Below, one piece after another: positions 46,280-56,836 of a stretch of DNA of 56,892 bases. This DNA comes from an uncultured Peptostreptococcaceae bacterium. Lineage in GTDB: Bacteria > Bacillota > Clostridia > Peptostreptococcales > BM714. A program made the position numbers and the translations under genes. Location: the NCBI GenBank assembly GCA_964644525.1, contig CAZXWC010000003.1:1-56892 (forward strand), written 5' to 3'. Below the pieces are notes generated by a model, which saw only the letters and a program-made list of their open reading frames with translations, made no database searches and was not told where the DNA came from. Position 1 is the first letter of the stretch. Each line of letters opens with the position of its first letter.

Positions 46280-47170
46280 TTATGCGGAAATATGCCCGCT
46301 TCGTCTTTTTCTGAAAGGATTAAGCTCCGAGAGAATAACACCTGAAAGAATGAGTGATGCGCCCAAAAGGCTTTGATTTGAAAGAAGAGTACCGTAGACT
46401 AGAAATTCGCAAATTGAGGCAAAAACAGGTTCTCCGGAATAAATGAGTGCAGTATGCGATGCTGTAGTGTATTTTTGTGCTTTGTTTTGTGCTATGAAAG
46501 CCATAGCCGTGCAGGCTATGCTCAGGAAAAGCATTGAAGCCCAATCGGCAATTGTTGATGGAATAGCTGGTGGTTCAAAAATAAGCGCTGCAATTCCGCT
46601 GAAAAAACCGACACTGAAAATCTGGGTTATTGATAAAATTATGGCATTGCCTTTTTTTGCGAAGACGCCGACGGTAATTATATGCATTGCGAAACTGATT
46701 GCCGCAAAAAATGTGAGAAAGTCTCCGAAATTTATGTAGGAAAAGCCTCCTCCGTTTCCCAAAGTCAGTAAGGCAAGTCCGACAAGTGCCATTACAGCAC
46801 CTAAAATTGCGGAAAAGGAGAGTTTGCTTTTTAGAAAAACGGTACTGATTATGGGTACAAGAACCACTGAAAAACCTGTTATAAAAGCCGAGTTCGATAT
46901 GCTTGTGTACAGAAGCCCGATTGTCTGAAAAGCGTATCCCGCGAAAAGCACAAAACCGATGAACATTCCTGTGAAAAACATTTTGGGAGTTATATATTTC
47001 AATTGCTTTTTGAAGAAAAATGCAGCTATTAATGCCGCAATCAAAAATCTTTGTGAGAGAAAATTGAAAACCCCTATTTCTTCAATTAGCAATTTGGTCA
47101 ATATGAAAGAAACCCCCCATGTCATTGTTACGAAGACAAGAGCGGCGTCGGCTTTGTATTGTTTCTTCAT
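46280..47170 (-). CDS. DMT/EamA-family transporter
   Basis: WG.SF, FQT.GL..T..SNSAFIT, AQ......HTALIY..EPVFA; start at ATG 47170 (RBS AGGGG). Confidence 0.85.
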   Translation of the reverse strand: MKKQYKADAALVFVTMTWGVSFILTKLLIEEIGVFNFLSQRFLIAALIAAFFFKKQLKYITPKMFFTGMFIGFVLFAGYAFQTIGLLYTSISNSAFITGFSVVLVPIISTVFLKSKLSFSAILGAVMALVGLALLTLGNGGGFSYINFGDFLTFFAAISFAMHIITVGVFAKKGNAIILSITQIFSVGFFSGIAALIFEPPAIPSTIADWASMLFLSIACTAMAFIAQNKAQKYTTASHTALIYSGEPVFASICEFLVYGTLLSNQSLLGASLILSGVILSELNPFRKRRSGHISA

Positions 47171-47307
47171 TTCCGTATACCCCCTGATTTGACTATACAT
47201 GCATCAAAATCATTATATTGAAACTAATATAAATAGTCAAACAGGAAGGAAAGTGAAAAATCTTCTATTGCAAGGCAAAGCAGAAATTGATGTTTTTCTA
47301 CAGTCTG

Positions 47308-47334
47308 AAACCCCCTGTTTTTACAGGGGGTTTT
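47308..47334. terminator. Terminator downstream of rubredoxin
   Basis: AAACCCCCTGT / ACAGGGGGTTT. Confidence 0.75.
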
Positions 47335-47345
47335 GCTGTGAATTA

Positions 47346-47507
47346 TTATTCTACTGGCTCGAACATGTCTTTTGTTACTCCGCACATGGGGCAAGTCCAA
47401 TCATCGGGGATATCTTCAAAAGCTGTACCGGGTTCAATTCCACCGTCCGGGTCTCCGATTTCTGGGTCGTAAACATATCCGCATGGTATACATTTAAATT
47501 TTTTCAT
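47346..47507 (-). CDS. Rubredoxin, 53 aa (absent from the ORF track)
   Basis: Hand translation [53 protein letters not shown]; two CxxCG motifs; RBS AAGGAGG. Confidence 0.97.
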   Translation of the reverse strand: MKKFKCIPCGYVYDPEIGDPDGGIEPGTAFEDIPDDWTCPMCGVTKDMFEPVE

Positions 47508-47653
47508 GTAAAGCCTCCTTAAATTAATTTAATTTATATAATTATATATACCAATTATAAAATATTATAAACATGAAGACAATGATTTCCTCGAATTGAA
47601 TGAAGGATAAATAATGGTATAATTATTTTAATAAATAATAGAGGAGAGATTAT

Positions 47654-48772
47654 ATGGATCCGAGAATCGAAAAACTTGCTGAAAATCTGATTGGATATTC
47701 TTGTAGATTGAAAAAGAACGAAAAAGTTTTGATTGAATACAAGGGAAATGAAACCAAGCTCTTGGTTCAGGCATTGGTGAGATCGGCCTACGATGTTGGG
47801 GGGATTCCTTTTTTATGGCAAAGGGACGACACTTTGCTTAGGGAAATATTAAAAAATTCTGAAGACGGGCAAATAGATTTAATGGCAGATGTCGACCTTT
47901 CCCTTATGAAAAAGATGGATGCATACATAGGAATAAGAGGATCTGAAAATGTAAGTGAGCTTGGCGATTTGGATACAGAAAAAATAAAAAAATATGTTGA
48001 TAGATATCAAAATCCCGTACATGGTGATGAGAGAGTCAACAATACCAAATGGGTCATACTGAGATATCCAAATTATTCTATGGCGCAATTGGCAGACATG
48101 AGTCTTGAAGCTTTTGAGGATTTCTATTTCAAGGTCTGCAATCTCGACTATGGAAAGATGTCTCAGGCCATGGACAGCCTTGTGGAGATTATGGAGAATA
48201 CGGACAGAGTTAGCATAAAAGGGCCGGGTACGGACATAAGCTTTTCAATAAAGGGAATTCCGGCCATAAAATGCGCGGGAGAAATGAATATACCTGACGG
48301 CGAGGTTTTTACGGCACCCGTGAAGGATTCTGTAAATGGAAGAATTTCATACAATTGCCCGGCTGTGTACCAAGGGGTAACATATGAGGGTATTGTGCTC
48401 GATTTTAAAGATGGCAAAATAGTTGATGCCAAAGCCAATGATACAAAACGCATAAATGATGTGTTCGATACTGACGAGGGGGCAAGATTTGTAGGTGAAT
48501 TTGCAATAGGCGTCAATCCTTATATAGAGAAGGCGATGAAGGACACATTGTTTGATGAAAAAATAAAAGGAAGTTTTCATTTCACGCCAGGCAGATGTTA
48601 TGAAGAAGCTTCAAACGGTAATGATTCGTCTATACATTGGGATTTGGTTTGTATACAGAGACCGGAATATGGGGGAGGAGAAATTTATTTTGACGATGTT
48701 CTTGTAAGAAAGGACGGGGTTTTTGTTATAGAGGAGCTTTATCCTTTAAATCCCGAAAATCTTATAGATTGA
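47654..48772 (+). CDS. Aminopeptidase, M29 (AmpS/AmpT) family
   Basis: NIPDGEVFTAP, GEFAIG.NP, LFDEKI.GSFH..PG..Y, S.IHWDLV. Confidence 0.9.
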   Translation: MDPRIEKLAENLIGYSCRLKKNEKVLIEYKGNETKLLVQALVRSAYDVGGIPFLWQRDDTLLREILKNSEDGQIDLMADVDLSLMKKMDAYIGIRGSENVSELGDLDTEKIKKYVDRYQNPVHGDERVNNTKWVILRYPNYSMAQLADMSLEAFEDFYFKVCNLDYGKMSQAMDSLVEIMENTDRVSIKGPGTDISFSIKGIPAIKCAGEMNIPDGEVFTAPVKDSVNGRISYNCPAVYQGVTYEGIVLDFKDGKIVDAKANDTKRINDVFDTDEGARFVGEFAIGVNPYIEKAMKDTLFDEKIKGSFHFTPGRCYEEASNGNDSSIHWDLVCIQRPEYGGGEIYFDDVLVRKDGVFVIEELYPLNPENLID

Positions 48773-48939
48773 AAAATCTTTTGGCTTTTAAGTTTTAAAT
48801 TGTTTGTTTGGCATACAGTTGTATATTGAATCGGATTGAATACGCCTTTTCATATTTGTTTATAGACGCTAATTTATATATGATAATAATATAAACAACA
48901 ATGAGGTTGTTTTTTAAAGGAACCGAATGGAGGGATACT

Positions 48940-49566
48940 ATGGAATCAAGAGATGACGAAGCACCGATTTATAGTAGTAAAAAAATCGATGTAGAAAAAA
49001 TCAGCGTAAAGAAGGCTGAGAAGAAAGATGTTGCTGGTATTTTTGGGGTTGCAGAGAGTGTTGGAACGAGCAAGAACGATTCATACAGCGGATTTTTGAT
49101 GGACGACTATAAATCCGATCCGGAGTATTATATGGGAGTTTTCACTAAAATGGTGGAAAAGCTTGATTATTTTTATGTTGCTAAGGACCGTGAAGTTGTC
49201 GGTTTTTTAATGGCTTACACAAAGGAACAATGGCTTTCGGAAAACCCCGAATGGGTTTCAAAGGTTCATTGGTCGCCTGAATTCGATTTGGGCAAAATAA
49301 AGAGTTTTGTATTGGTGGACAAGATTGCAATAATGAAAAATTGCAGCGGAAAAGGAGTCGGAAGCGCTTTGTATAGACGTTTTATTAAGGATTTGAAGAC
49401 GGCTGGTGTGGAAGGCATATTTTCGGAGACGATAATATATCCAACTCCGAATTTTGCATCGCTTTCATTTCGTAAAAAGCAGAAACATATGCTTGCGGGG
49501 ATTCGTTATGAAGAATTTGAAGGAAAAATTCTGGCAGATGGGATATATTACAAACCCGTGAAATAA
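48940..49566 (+). CDS. GNAT-family N-acetyltransferase-like protein
   Basis: VDKIAI....SGKGVGSALY acetyl-CoA motif, N..S..F; start at ATG 48940 (RBS GGAGG). Confidence 0.7.
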   Translation: MESRDDEAPIYSSKKIDVEKISVKKAEKKDVAGIFGVAESVGTSKNDSYSGFLMDDYKSDPEYYMGVFTKMVEKLDYFYVAKDREVVGFLMAYTKEQWLSENPEWVSKVHWSPEFDLGKIKSFVLVDKIAIMKNCSGKGVGSALYRRFIKDLKTAGVEGIFSETIIYPTPNFASLSFRKKQKHMLAGIRYEEFEGKILADGIYYKPVK

Positions 49567-49687
49567 TAGCGAAATCAAATAAAGAGTCAGGATTTAAAAT
49601 AAATTTTCTTGTTATGGGTAGATATATAAGGGCACATTCCGACAGACGAATGTGTCCTTATGGAACATGAAAAGGGAGAGCAGCCAC

Positions 49688-50401
49688 ATGACGGGCAAAA
49701 CAACATTGATGATAGTTGAAAAAATAAGCAAATGTTATCAGATGGGAGAAGTCGAGGTCAGAGCTCTGGAAGACGCTTCCTTTGAAATTTACGATGGTGA
49801 GTTTGTGGTTATACTCGGCCCCAGTGGTTCAGGGAAAAGCACACTGCTTAATATTATCGGAGGCATGGATGTGCCTTCGGGTGGAAACGTGCTTTTTAAG
49901 GATGAAGAGATAACATTGTATGGCGACAAAAAGTTGACGATGTACAGAAGAAATAGTGTTGGTTTTGTATTCCAGTTCTATAATCTTATGGCGAATTTGA
50001 CTGCAAGAGAAAACGTTGAACTTGCTTCGGAAATATGCGAAAATCCATTGGAAGTCGATTTGGTGATGGAAGAAGTCAATCTCACAGAAAGGATGGATCA
50101 TTTTCCTTCTCAAATGAGTGGAGGAGAGCAACAAAGGGTAGCTATAGCAAGGGCTGTTGCAAAAAACCCTGATATATTGCTCTGTGACGAGCCCACGGGC
50201 GCATTGGACTTCAAAACAGGTCTTTCTATTTTATCCCTTCTTAATAAGGTTAACAAAAACCATGGCAAGACGGTTATGATAATAACCCATAATGCAGCAA
50301 TAGCAGACATGGCCGACCGTGTAATAAAGATGAGGAGTGGCCGGATAATTTCCGACAAGTACAATAAAGAGCCTATACCCCCTGAAAGGATTGTATGGTG
50401 A
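49688..50401 (+). CDS. ABC transporter ATPase (LolD/MacB type)
   Basis: GPSGSGKST, GFVFQFYNL, SGGEQQRVAIARA, DEPTGALD, ITH. Confidence 0.92.
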   Translation: MTGKTTLMIVEKISKCYQMGEVEVRALEDASFEIYDGEFVVILGPSGSGKSTLLNIIGGMDVPSGGNVLFKDEEITLYGDKKLTMYRRNSVGFVFQFYNLMANLTARENVELASEICENPLEVDLVMEEVNLTERMDHFPSQMSGGEQQRVAIARAVAKNPDILLCDEPTGALDFKTGLSILSLLNKVNKNHGKTVMIITHNAAIADMADRVIKMRSGRIISDKYNKEPIPPERIVW

Positions 50402-52752
50402 TGAAAAAATTCAATCTGCGCCTATACCGTCATATCAGGCAAGCAAAAGGTCAATTTGTCGCAGTTTCGCTGGTAGTTGCTGTTGGAATAATGAGTTATG
50501 TAGCCATTTCCCTTTCTGTAATAGATTTGGAAGTGGGTGCGCAAAGGTATTATGAACTTAACAATTTTCAAGACGTAAGCGTAGAGCTTATGAAAATAAA
50601 TGAATCGGGCATTGAAGGCATAAGACGAATGCCGAGAGTTGAATCCGCCCAGGGAAGAATTTTTTTTAAGGCTCCTCTGGAGGTTGAGGACAAGGACGAA
50701 AAAGTGAACGTAGGCATATCGTCCATACCTGATGCAAAAAACAGAATTAATGATCTGTACATATTAAAAGGGGGATGGATTCAGGACAAGCGAAGAGATG
50801 TGCTGGTTCTGGAGCAGTTTGCTGAGGCGAGGGGAATAGAAGTAGGAGATATGGTCCATCCTCAAATAGGAGGAAAGGATTACGAACTTGAAGTCAAGGG
50901 CATAGCAGGCAGTCCGGAATACATATATTTGATGGAAGACGAACAAAATCTTTTGCCTCAACCTACGAAATACGGAATATTATTTGTTTCAGAAGAATTT
51001 GCTCAACAGGTTTTCGGATATTCAAAGGCATACAACGAAGTTCTTATAAAACTGAAAAATCCAAATGAGGATGGCATATTCAAGGATGAACTTGAAAAAG
51101 AGATTGAAAGATATGGCGTGCAGCGCATAATAAGAAGGGAAGACCACGTCAGCGACCGCATAGTGTCTGAGGAAATAAGGGGAGCAAAACAAATGGCTAA
51201 TGTAATACCACTGCTTTTTCTTGGTGTAGCGGCGGCCATAATAGCCATAATGATTTCGCGCATGGTCAAAAACGACCGAACCTCGATAGGCGTACTCAAG
51301 GCAATAGGCTATAGAAACAGGGATATACTGACACATTATGCAAAACACGCATTTATAATAGGTGCGCTAGGATCTGTAATAGGGGTATTTACGGGCTATC
51401 TGTTTTCAGGGCCTATGGCAAACATGTATCAAGAATTTTACAGGATACCTTTCAAAGTCAGGATATTTTCATGGCAATATCTTGGCATTGGTTTTGCACT
51501 CAGCGCAATATATTGCATAGGAGCGGGGCTTTGGGGAGCCAGAAGCATACTTGGTATTGTGCCGGCAGAATCAATGAGACCGGAGCCTCCTAAGAAAATT
51601 GGAAAGACCTATATTCAAAACATTACTTTCATATGGAAACACATCGGTTTTAGCTGGAAGGTCGTATGGAGGAATGTTTTCAGAAGCAGAAAGAGGTTTA
51701 TCTTCCTTTCGGTCGGCATTGCTGTAACATTTGCTACAGCGCTCATGCCTGCACATATGCTTAATGTTTTTGAGACAATGTTCTATGATCAATATGGAGA
51801 ATTCATGAGAATGGATTATGAAATAGCCTACAATAAGCCGCTATCAGAGCGTTCTGCGATGGAAATAAGTCAGTTGGTGGATGTTACAGACATAGAAGGA
51901 AAGTTGGAGTTTCCATTTGAAATTGAAAATGGATGGAAAAGCAAGGTCGTAAGCGTAGTAGGCCTCAATCCGGACACGGAGTTTTATAATTTGACTGCTT
52001 CTGACGGAGGTGTTCTCAGGCTTTCTCATGATGGAATGCTTATAAGCGAACCAATGGCTTACACGCTGGATGTTGAAAAGGGTGACATTGTAAATTTAAA
52101 GAATTTCATTCCTTTCAAGGACGACATGAGAATCAAGGTTGACGGGGTGGTAAATCAGAGCCTGGGTCTTAATGCATACATGGACATAGCTTTCATGCAA
52201 GAGAGGCTTCTCGACGAAGGCATGATAACAGGAGTGATGATTGATTCTACAGACAGGGTCAAAGAAAAAATGGAAGATGTGAAAAATGTATCGTCAGTCA
52301 ATTCAATAGCAGACTTGAAAAATATCTTCAAGGAGTTCACCAAGCTTACATATGCAGGCCTTTCTGTTTATGCATTGTTTGCAGGAATAATCGGTTTTGC
52401 AATAGTTTATAATTCGACTATGATGAGCATAAATGAGAGAAGGCTCGAATTTTCTTCGCTGCGAATCATGGGATTATCAAAAGAAGAAATCAACAGAATC
52501 GTTTTGAAGGAAAATCTCATTATGACAGCATTCGGTATTGTGCTTGGAATCCCATTGGGAAGGTGGCTCATTGAACTCTTGCAGACTTCTTTTCAAACGG
52601 AGTTTTATACAATGACCGCGCCTATAGAAACGAATTCGTATATATATGCGGCTGCATTGACGGTTTTTTATGTATTGATTGCACAGTATTTCAGTTCGCT
52701 TAAGATTAAGAGATTGGACTTCATCGAAGCGCTTAAGAACAGAATAAGCTAA
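50395..52752 (+). CDS. FtsX-like ABC permease with duplicated MacB/FtsX domains
   Basis: Two extracellular plus TM units with R.SIGVLKAIG and ER..EFSSLR..G motifs. Confidence 0.88.
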   Translation: MVMKKFNLRLYRHIRQAKGQFVAVSLVVAVGIMSYVAISLSVIDLEVGAQRYYELNNFQDVSVELMKINESGIEGIRRMPRVESAQGRIFFKAPLEVEDKDEKVNVGISSIPDAKNRINDLYILKGGWIQDKRRDVLVLEQFAEARGIEVGDMVHPQIGGKDYELEVKGIAGSPEYIYLMEDEQNLLPQPTKYGILFVSEEFAQQVFGYSKAYNEVLIKLKNPNEDGIFKDELEKEIERYGVQRIIRREDHVSDRIVSEEIRGAKQMANVIPLLFLGVAAAIIAIMISRMVKNDRTSIGVLKAIGYRNRDILTHYAKHAFIIGALGSVIGVFTGYLFSGPMANMYQEFYRIPFKVRIFSWQYLGIGFALSAIYCIGAGLWGARSILGIVPAESMRPEPPKKIGKTYIQNITFIWKHIGFSWKVVWRNVFRSRKRFIFLSVGIAVTFATALMPAHMLNVFETMFYDQYGEFMRMDYEIAYNKPLSERSAMEISQLVDVTDIEGKLEFPFEIENGWKSKVVSVVGLNPDTEFYNLTASDGGVLRLSHDGMLISEPMAYTLDVEKGDIVNLKNFIPFKDDMRIKVDGVVNQSLGLNAYMDIAFMQERLLDEGMITGVMIDSTDRVKEKMEDVKNVSSVNSIADLKNIFKEFTKLTYAGLSVYALFAGIIGFAIVYNSTMMSINERRLEFSSLRIMGLSKEEINRIVLKENLIMTAFGIVLGIPLGRWLIELLQTSFQTEFYTMTAPIETNSYIYAAALTVFYVLIAQYFSSLKIKRLDFIEALKNRIS

Positions 52753-52762
52753 AGGGGGCAGC

Positions 52763-53992
52763 ATGAGAATTGTAAATAAATTTACGGAAATGTTTAAAAA
52801 CAAAAATAACAAAAAAAAGAATAGAACAAAGAAATGGACGACTTTCGCCATAGCTGTTGCCTTAGTTTCGGCAGGCGGATTTTATTACATGGAGACGCAG
52901 AACAAAGGCCTTCCAGTGGAGGTCACTTCAGTTGAAAAAGGGCAGGTGCTCGAATATGTAGAAGAGATTGCTTACGCTAAATCCGACAATGAGCACATAA
53001 TTTATTCGGACATAAACGGAGTATTGAATGAAGTAAACATAAAGGAAGGGGATACAATAAAAAAAGGGGATATACTTGCAACGATTGAGGGAAAAGATAT
53101 CGATCTCCAGATAAAGAGCTTGACAGCCCAATTAAGCGGCGCGGATGCTTCGGCTTCTTATTCATATGTAGAATCGGCACGGCTGGCAAGGGATGAAGCT
53201 TCTCGGACATTGAGCAACATGGAAAAACTTTACCAAGAGGGCGCGGTAAGCAAGGATGACTTTCTAAAGGCCCGGACAGCTTATGAAGTTGCCCAGCAAG
53301 CCTACGGACAGGCTCTAAGCCAATACAAGAGCGCAAAGGCGCAAAGCCGTACTATAGGCTATGAGATAGACCTTTTGAAGAACAACCGAGACAAATTGAC
53401 AATTACATCGAACGAGGATACACAGGTAACGCTGCTGCACATTAAGGAGGGAGAGTATATAAGTCCGGGAGTGCCGCTTTTCGAGTTGGGAAGCCTTGAA
53501 GAATTACGTTTTGAGGCGGATATACTAGTTAGCGACGTAGGTGATGTAAAAAAGGGACAGACTGTCTTGATTGAAAATGAGGACATAGGCATGCCGGAAA
53601 TAGAAGGACTTGTCGAAAGCATATCGCCAAAAGCCTTCAGCAAGATTTCCGAATTGGGAATAGAACAGAAGAGGGTAAAGGTGGATATGATTTCGGAAAC
53701 ATTTTCGGATAAAATTCGTTTGGGTTATGAAGTTGAAGTAAAGATTATAACCAGGGAAATGAATGACGTGCTGAGAGTTCCGGACAATGCTGTCTTTGAA
53801 ATTAAGGGACAGTTCCATGTGTTTGTTGTTAAAGGAGGTGAAACGGTATTAAATCCAATAGATGTAATTTTTGAAGGTAATGATTATTTTGCCATAGAAA
53901 ACGGAATATCGGAAGGCGACATTGTGGTTCTTTCACCGGGAAACAAATTGGAGCAAGGAATGAAGATATCAATTCTGAACAATAAGGATTAG
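52763..53992 (+). CDS. Efflux periplasmic adaptor (MacA/HlyD/YknX-like)
   Basis: N-terminal TM, lipoyl-like V.EGD..KKG..LA, alpha hairpin, L..G...V.I, VP..AV. Confidence 0.85.
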   Translation: MRIVNKFTEMFKNKNNKKKNRTKKWTTFAIAVALVSAGGFYYMETQNKGLPVEVTSVEKGQVLEYVEEIAYAKSDNEHIIYSDINGVLNEVNIKEGDTIKKGDILATIEGKDIDLQIKSLTAQLSGADASASYSYVESARLARDEASRTLSNMEKLYQEGAVSKDDFLKARTAYEVAQQAYGQALSQYKSAKAQSRTIGYEIDLLKNNRDKLTITSNEDTQVTLLHIKEGEYISPGVPLFELGSLEELRFEADILVSDVGDVKKGQTVLIENEDIGMPEIEGLVESISPKAFSKISELGIEQKRVKVDMISETFSDKIRLGYEVEVKIITREMNDVLRVPDNAVFEIKGQFHVFVVKGGETVLNPIDVIFEGNDYFAIENGISEGDIVVLSPGNKLEQGMKISILNNKD

Positions 53993-54049
53993 AATAGATT
54001 GGGAGCAAAAAAATCATAAAAATGAAGTATTAATTCGAGGAGGAAAATT

Positions 54050-54859
54050 ATGACGTATGAAACTTGGTTGATTGTCAAAACTTTTATAATGACGGCCTCA
54101 TTGAAAATTCTAGGGGCGCTTGTCGTATGGTTTGTAGGAGTCTATGCAATCAAATGGTTGATGAAAATAATAAACAGGATTTTGAAAAGAAGCGATTCAG
54201 ACATAACTTTGGTTAAATTTATAAATTCATTCGTAAAAATAGCGCTTAAAATACTGCTAGTAGTTACGATTGTGATTATTTTGGGAGTTCCCAGCACGAG
54301 TTTCATAGCTATTTTGGGAGCAGCAGGACTGGCTATAGGTTTGGCTTTGCAGGGGAGTCTTTCAAATTTTGCCGGCGGAGTACTTATACTTGTTTTCAGA
54401 CCTTTCAATATTGGGGATTATATAGAAGCAGGAGAATTATCAGGTACGGTACAAGCAATACAGATACTTTACACGGTTCTTATAACGCCTGACAATAAAA
54501 GGATAGTAGTACCAAATGGAAATCTTTCAAACAACAGCGTAATGAATTATTCATCTGAAGAAACACGAAGGGTTGATCTGAAATTCGGTGTTTCGTATGA
54601 TGCTGACATAAGTAAGGTTAAGGAGATAGTAACTAAAATATGCGACAGTCACGACCTCATTTTGAAGGAACCGGAACCATTTGTCAGAGTTTTTTCTCAT
54701 GGTGAAAGTTCTGTAGATTTTGTTGTAAGGCCATGGGTTGAAAAAGAAGATTACTGGACTGTTTATTACGATATGCAGGAACTGGTAAAAGAAGCCTTCG
54801 ACAAAAATGGAATCGAAATCCCATATCCGCATATGGATGTGACTATGCTTGGCAAATAA
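54050..54859 (+). CDS. mscS: Small-conductance mechanosensitive channel
   Basis: LGAAGLAIGLALQGSLSNFAGG, PF.IGD.I, VPNG, GI.IPYP. Confidence 0.92.
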   Translation: MTYETWLIVKTFIMTASLKILGALVVWFVGVYAIKWLMKIINRILKRSDSDITLVKFINSFVKIALKILLVVTIVIILGVPSTSFIAILGAAGLAIGLALQGSLSNFAGGVLILVFRPFNIGDYIEAGELSGTVQAIQILYTVLITPDNKRIVVPNGNLSNNSVMNYSSEETRRVDLKFGVSYDADISKVKEIVTKICDSHDLILKEPEPFVRVFSHGESSVDFVVRPWVEKEDYWTVYYDMQELVKEAFDKNGIEIPYPHMDVTMLGK

Positions 54860-54867
54860 GGGCATAC

Positions 54868-54896
54868 TTGATAATTTGCTTGTTTTGTGTTAAAAT
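54868..54896 (+). promoter_or_regulatory. sigma-A promoter of the pantothenate operon leader
   Basis: TTGATA-N17-TAAAAT with extended TG. Confidence 0.65.
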
Positions 54897-54904
54897 GACC
54901 GCAG

Positions 54905-55100
54905 GCGGTATCGAATTCGAGCCGCACTGAAACGGTTTTATTCTACAATTGAATAATAATGAAATTCTGCTCTGAGCCAATGGACCGAGACAGAGGTGAC
55001 AAGATTAATTTGATAAATTCGCCTTTCTATGCAACTGCTTAGGAAGGCTTTTATTGTTTTGTTTTGTATGCCCGCCGGTTTAAACCGGCGGGCATTTATT
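54905..55100 (+). ncRNA. Structured 5' leader / attenuator of the pan operon (pan-motif-like)
   Basis: Two hairpins with bulged A (54905-25, 54970-95), terminator GCCTTTCT/AGGAAGGC plus T tract (55021-60), and a perfect 28-bp palindrome (55068-95). Confidence 0.5.
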
Positions 55101-55119
55101 ATAAAAAGGGGATGTTGAA

Positions 55120-55998
55120 ATGAAAATAGGATTTGTAGGCGGTGGAAGAGTCGGTAAAGCTTATGGCAAGTTCTTGAAAAGCCGCGGATATGATGTTTGT
55201 GGATATTTCAGCAGAACGCAGTCTTCTGCAATGGCAGCAGCTTCCTTTGCGGCTACATCCTGGTATGGCAGCATGGAAAAATTGGCGGAAGCCGCCGACA
55301 TTATATTCCTTACTGTAAATGACGACCAGATTCGCTTGGCTGCAGAAAAACTGTCCAATATTGATCCTTCATTGGATGGAAAGATTGTTATACATATGAG
55401 TGGAGCTTTGGCATCCTGCGAACTGGATATTCTTAAAAAGAGAGGTTGCCACATATATTCCCTGCATCCTCTTTTGTCCTTTGCTGAACCCGAAAAAGCA
55501 TGGGAGAGAGTTGAAGACGCTGTATTTTCTGTAGAAGGCGACAGCTCAAAAATGGATACAATGATTCGCTTGCTTAAAGACACGGGATGTTCGTATTTTG
55601 AAATAGAAACAGACAAGAAGGCTCTATACCATGCTGCGGCATGTGTGGCATCGAACTATGTGACGGTCCTTTTGGATTATGCATATTCTTTATATCTGGA
55701 TATGGGGCTTTCAAGAGAAGATGCCGGCAAAGCCCTGTTGCCGCTTGTCAAAGGAACGGTTCAAAACGCTGAGGACGGAGGGCCTGAAAAGACACTTACC
55801 GGACCCATTTCCAGAGGCGATGTAGGTGTAATAAGGCGCCATATGGAAGCATTTGAAAAATCGGCAAAAGATAAAGAGGATTTTTACCGGTTCATGGGGT
55901 TGCAAACGGTTGCTTATGCAAAGCGTTACGGACTCCAACCGGAGGAAAAAATAAATGAAATGACAAAAATATTAAACAGGGGTGAGCTGGATGGCTAA
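55120..55998 (+). CDS. Rossmann-like + DUF2520 oxidoreductase, probable PanG-type ketopantoate reductase
   Basis: [37 protein letters not shown]; first gene of the panBC operon. Confidence 0.8.
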   Translation: MKIGFVGGGRVGKAYGKFLKSRGYDVCGYFSRTQSSAMAAASFAATSWYGSMEKLAEAADIIFLTVNDDQIRLAAEKLSNIDPSLDGKIVIHMSGALASCELDILKKRGCHIYSLHPLLSFAEPEKAWERVEDAVFSVEGDSSKMDTMIRLLKDTGCSYFEIETDKKALYHAAACVASNYVTVLLDYAYSLYLDMGLSREDAGKALLPLVKGTVQNAEDGGPEKTLTGPISRGDVGVIRRHMEAFEKSAKDKEDFYRFMGLQTVAYAKRYGLQPEEKINEMTKILNRGELDG

Positions 55999-56824
55999 AA
56001 GGTTTACGGTTAATGATTTTATTGAATCAAAGAAGAATGGAAGAAAGATATCAATGCTTACGGCATATGATTATTCCATGGCAAAATTGCTTGATGAGTC
56101 CGGTGTTGACAGTCTTTTGGTAGGAGACTCTTTGGGTATGGTTGTGCTCGGATATGAAGATACGCTCCAAGTCACAATGGAGGACATGATTCATCATTGC
56201 CGTGCGGTTTCGAGAGGCGTTAAAGGGGCAATGGTCATAGGGGACATGCCTTTTATGAGCTATCATGTAAGCGTAGAGGAAACTGTCAGAAACGCAGGAA
56301 GATTGATAAAAGAAGGCCGGGTCCAATCAGTTAAACTTGAAGGAGGAAGAGAGATAGCCGACAAGATTCGCGCCGTCATTGGAGCCCAAATTCCGGTAGT
56401 TGGCCATTTGGGACTAACCCCACAATCAGTCAACATGTTTGGCGGATTCAAGGTTCAAGGGAAATCTGAGGATGCTGCAAAAAAAATCATAGAAGACGCA
56501 TTGCTTTTGGAAGAAATAGGCGTATTCGCAATAGTTCTTGAATGTGTGCCGGCTGACCTTGCCAAGATAATTTCTGAAAAACTGACAATCCCGACAATTG
56601 GAATCGGAGCAGGTGCGGATTGCGACGGTCAGGTTTTAGTTACCCAGGATATGCTTGGAATGTACAGCGATTTTGTGCCCAAGTTTGCAAAGCAATATGC
56701 ACAGGTAGGCTTGACAATAAAAGAAGCTGTGGCTTCATATGGCGATGAAATAAGGGAAGGCGTCTTCCCGGAGAAAAAGCATACATTCAAGATTGATGCT
56801 TCAATATTGGAAAAGCTTTATTAA
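55991..56824 (+). CDS. panB: 3-methyl-2-oxobutanoate hydroxymethyltransferase
   Basis: [51 protein letters not shown]; start at ATG 55991. Confidence 0.97.
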   Translation: MAKRFTVNDFIESKKNGRKISMLTAYDYSMAKLLDESGVDSLLVGDSLGMVVLGYEDTLQVTMEDMIHHCRAVSRGVKGAMVIGDMPFMSYHVSVEETVRNAGRLIKEGRVQSVKLEGGREIADKIRAVIGAQIPVVGHLGLTPQSVNMFGGFKVQGKSEDAAKKIIEDALLLEEIGVFAIVLECVPADLAKIISEKLTIPTIGIGAGADCDGQVLVTQDMLGMYSDFVPKFAKQYAQVGLTIKEAVASYGDEIREGVFPEKKHTFKIDASILEKLY

Positions 56825-56836
56825 GGAGGATTTTCA

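Noticed and set aside
47199-47522. + strand ORFs 47199-47522 and 47287-47472
   Set aside because: The real gene is the minus-strand rubredoxin
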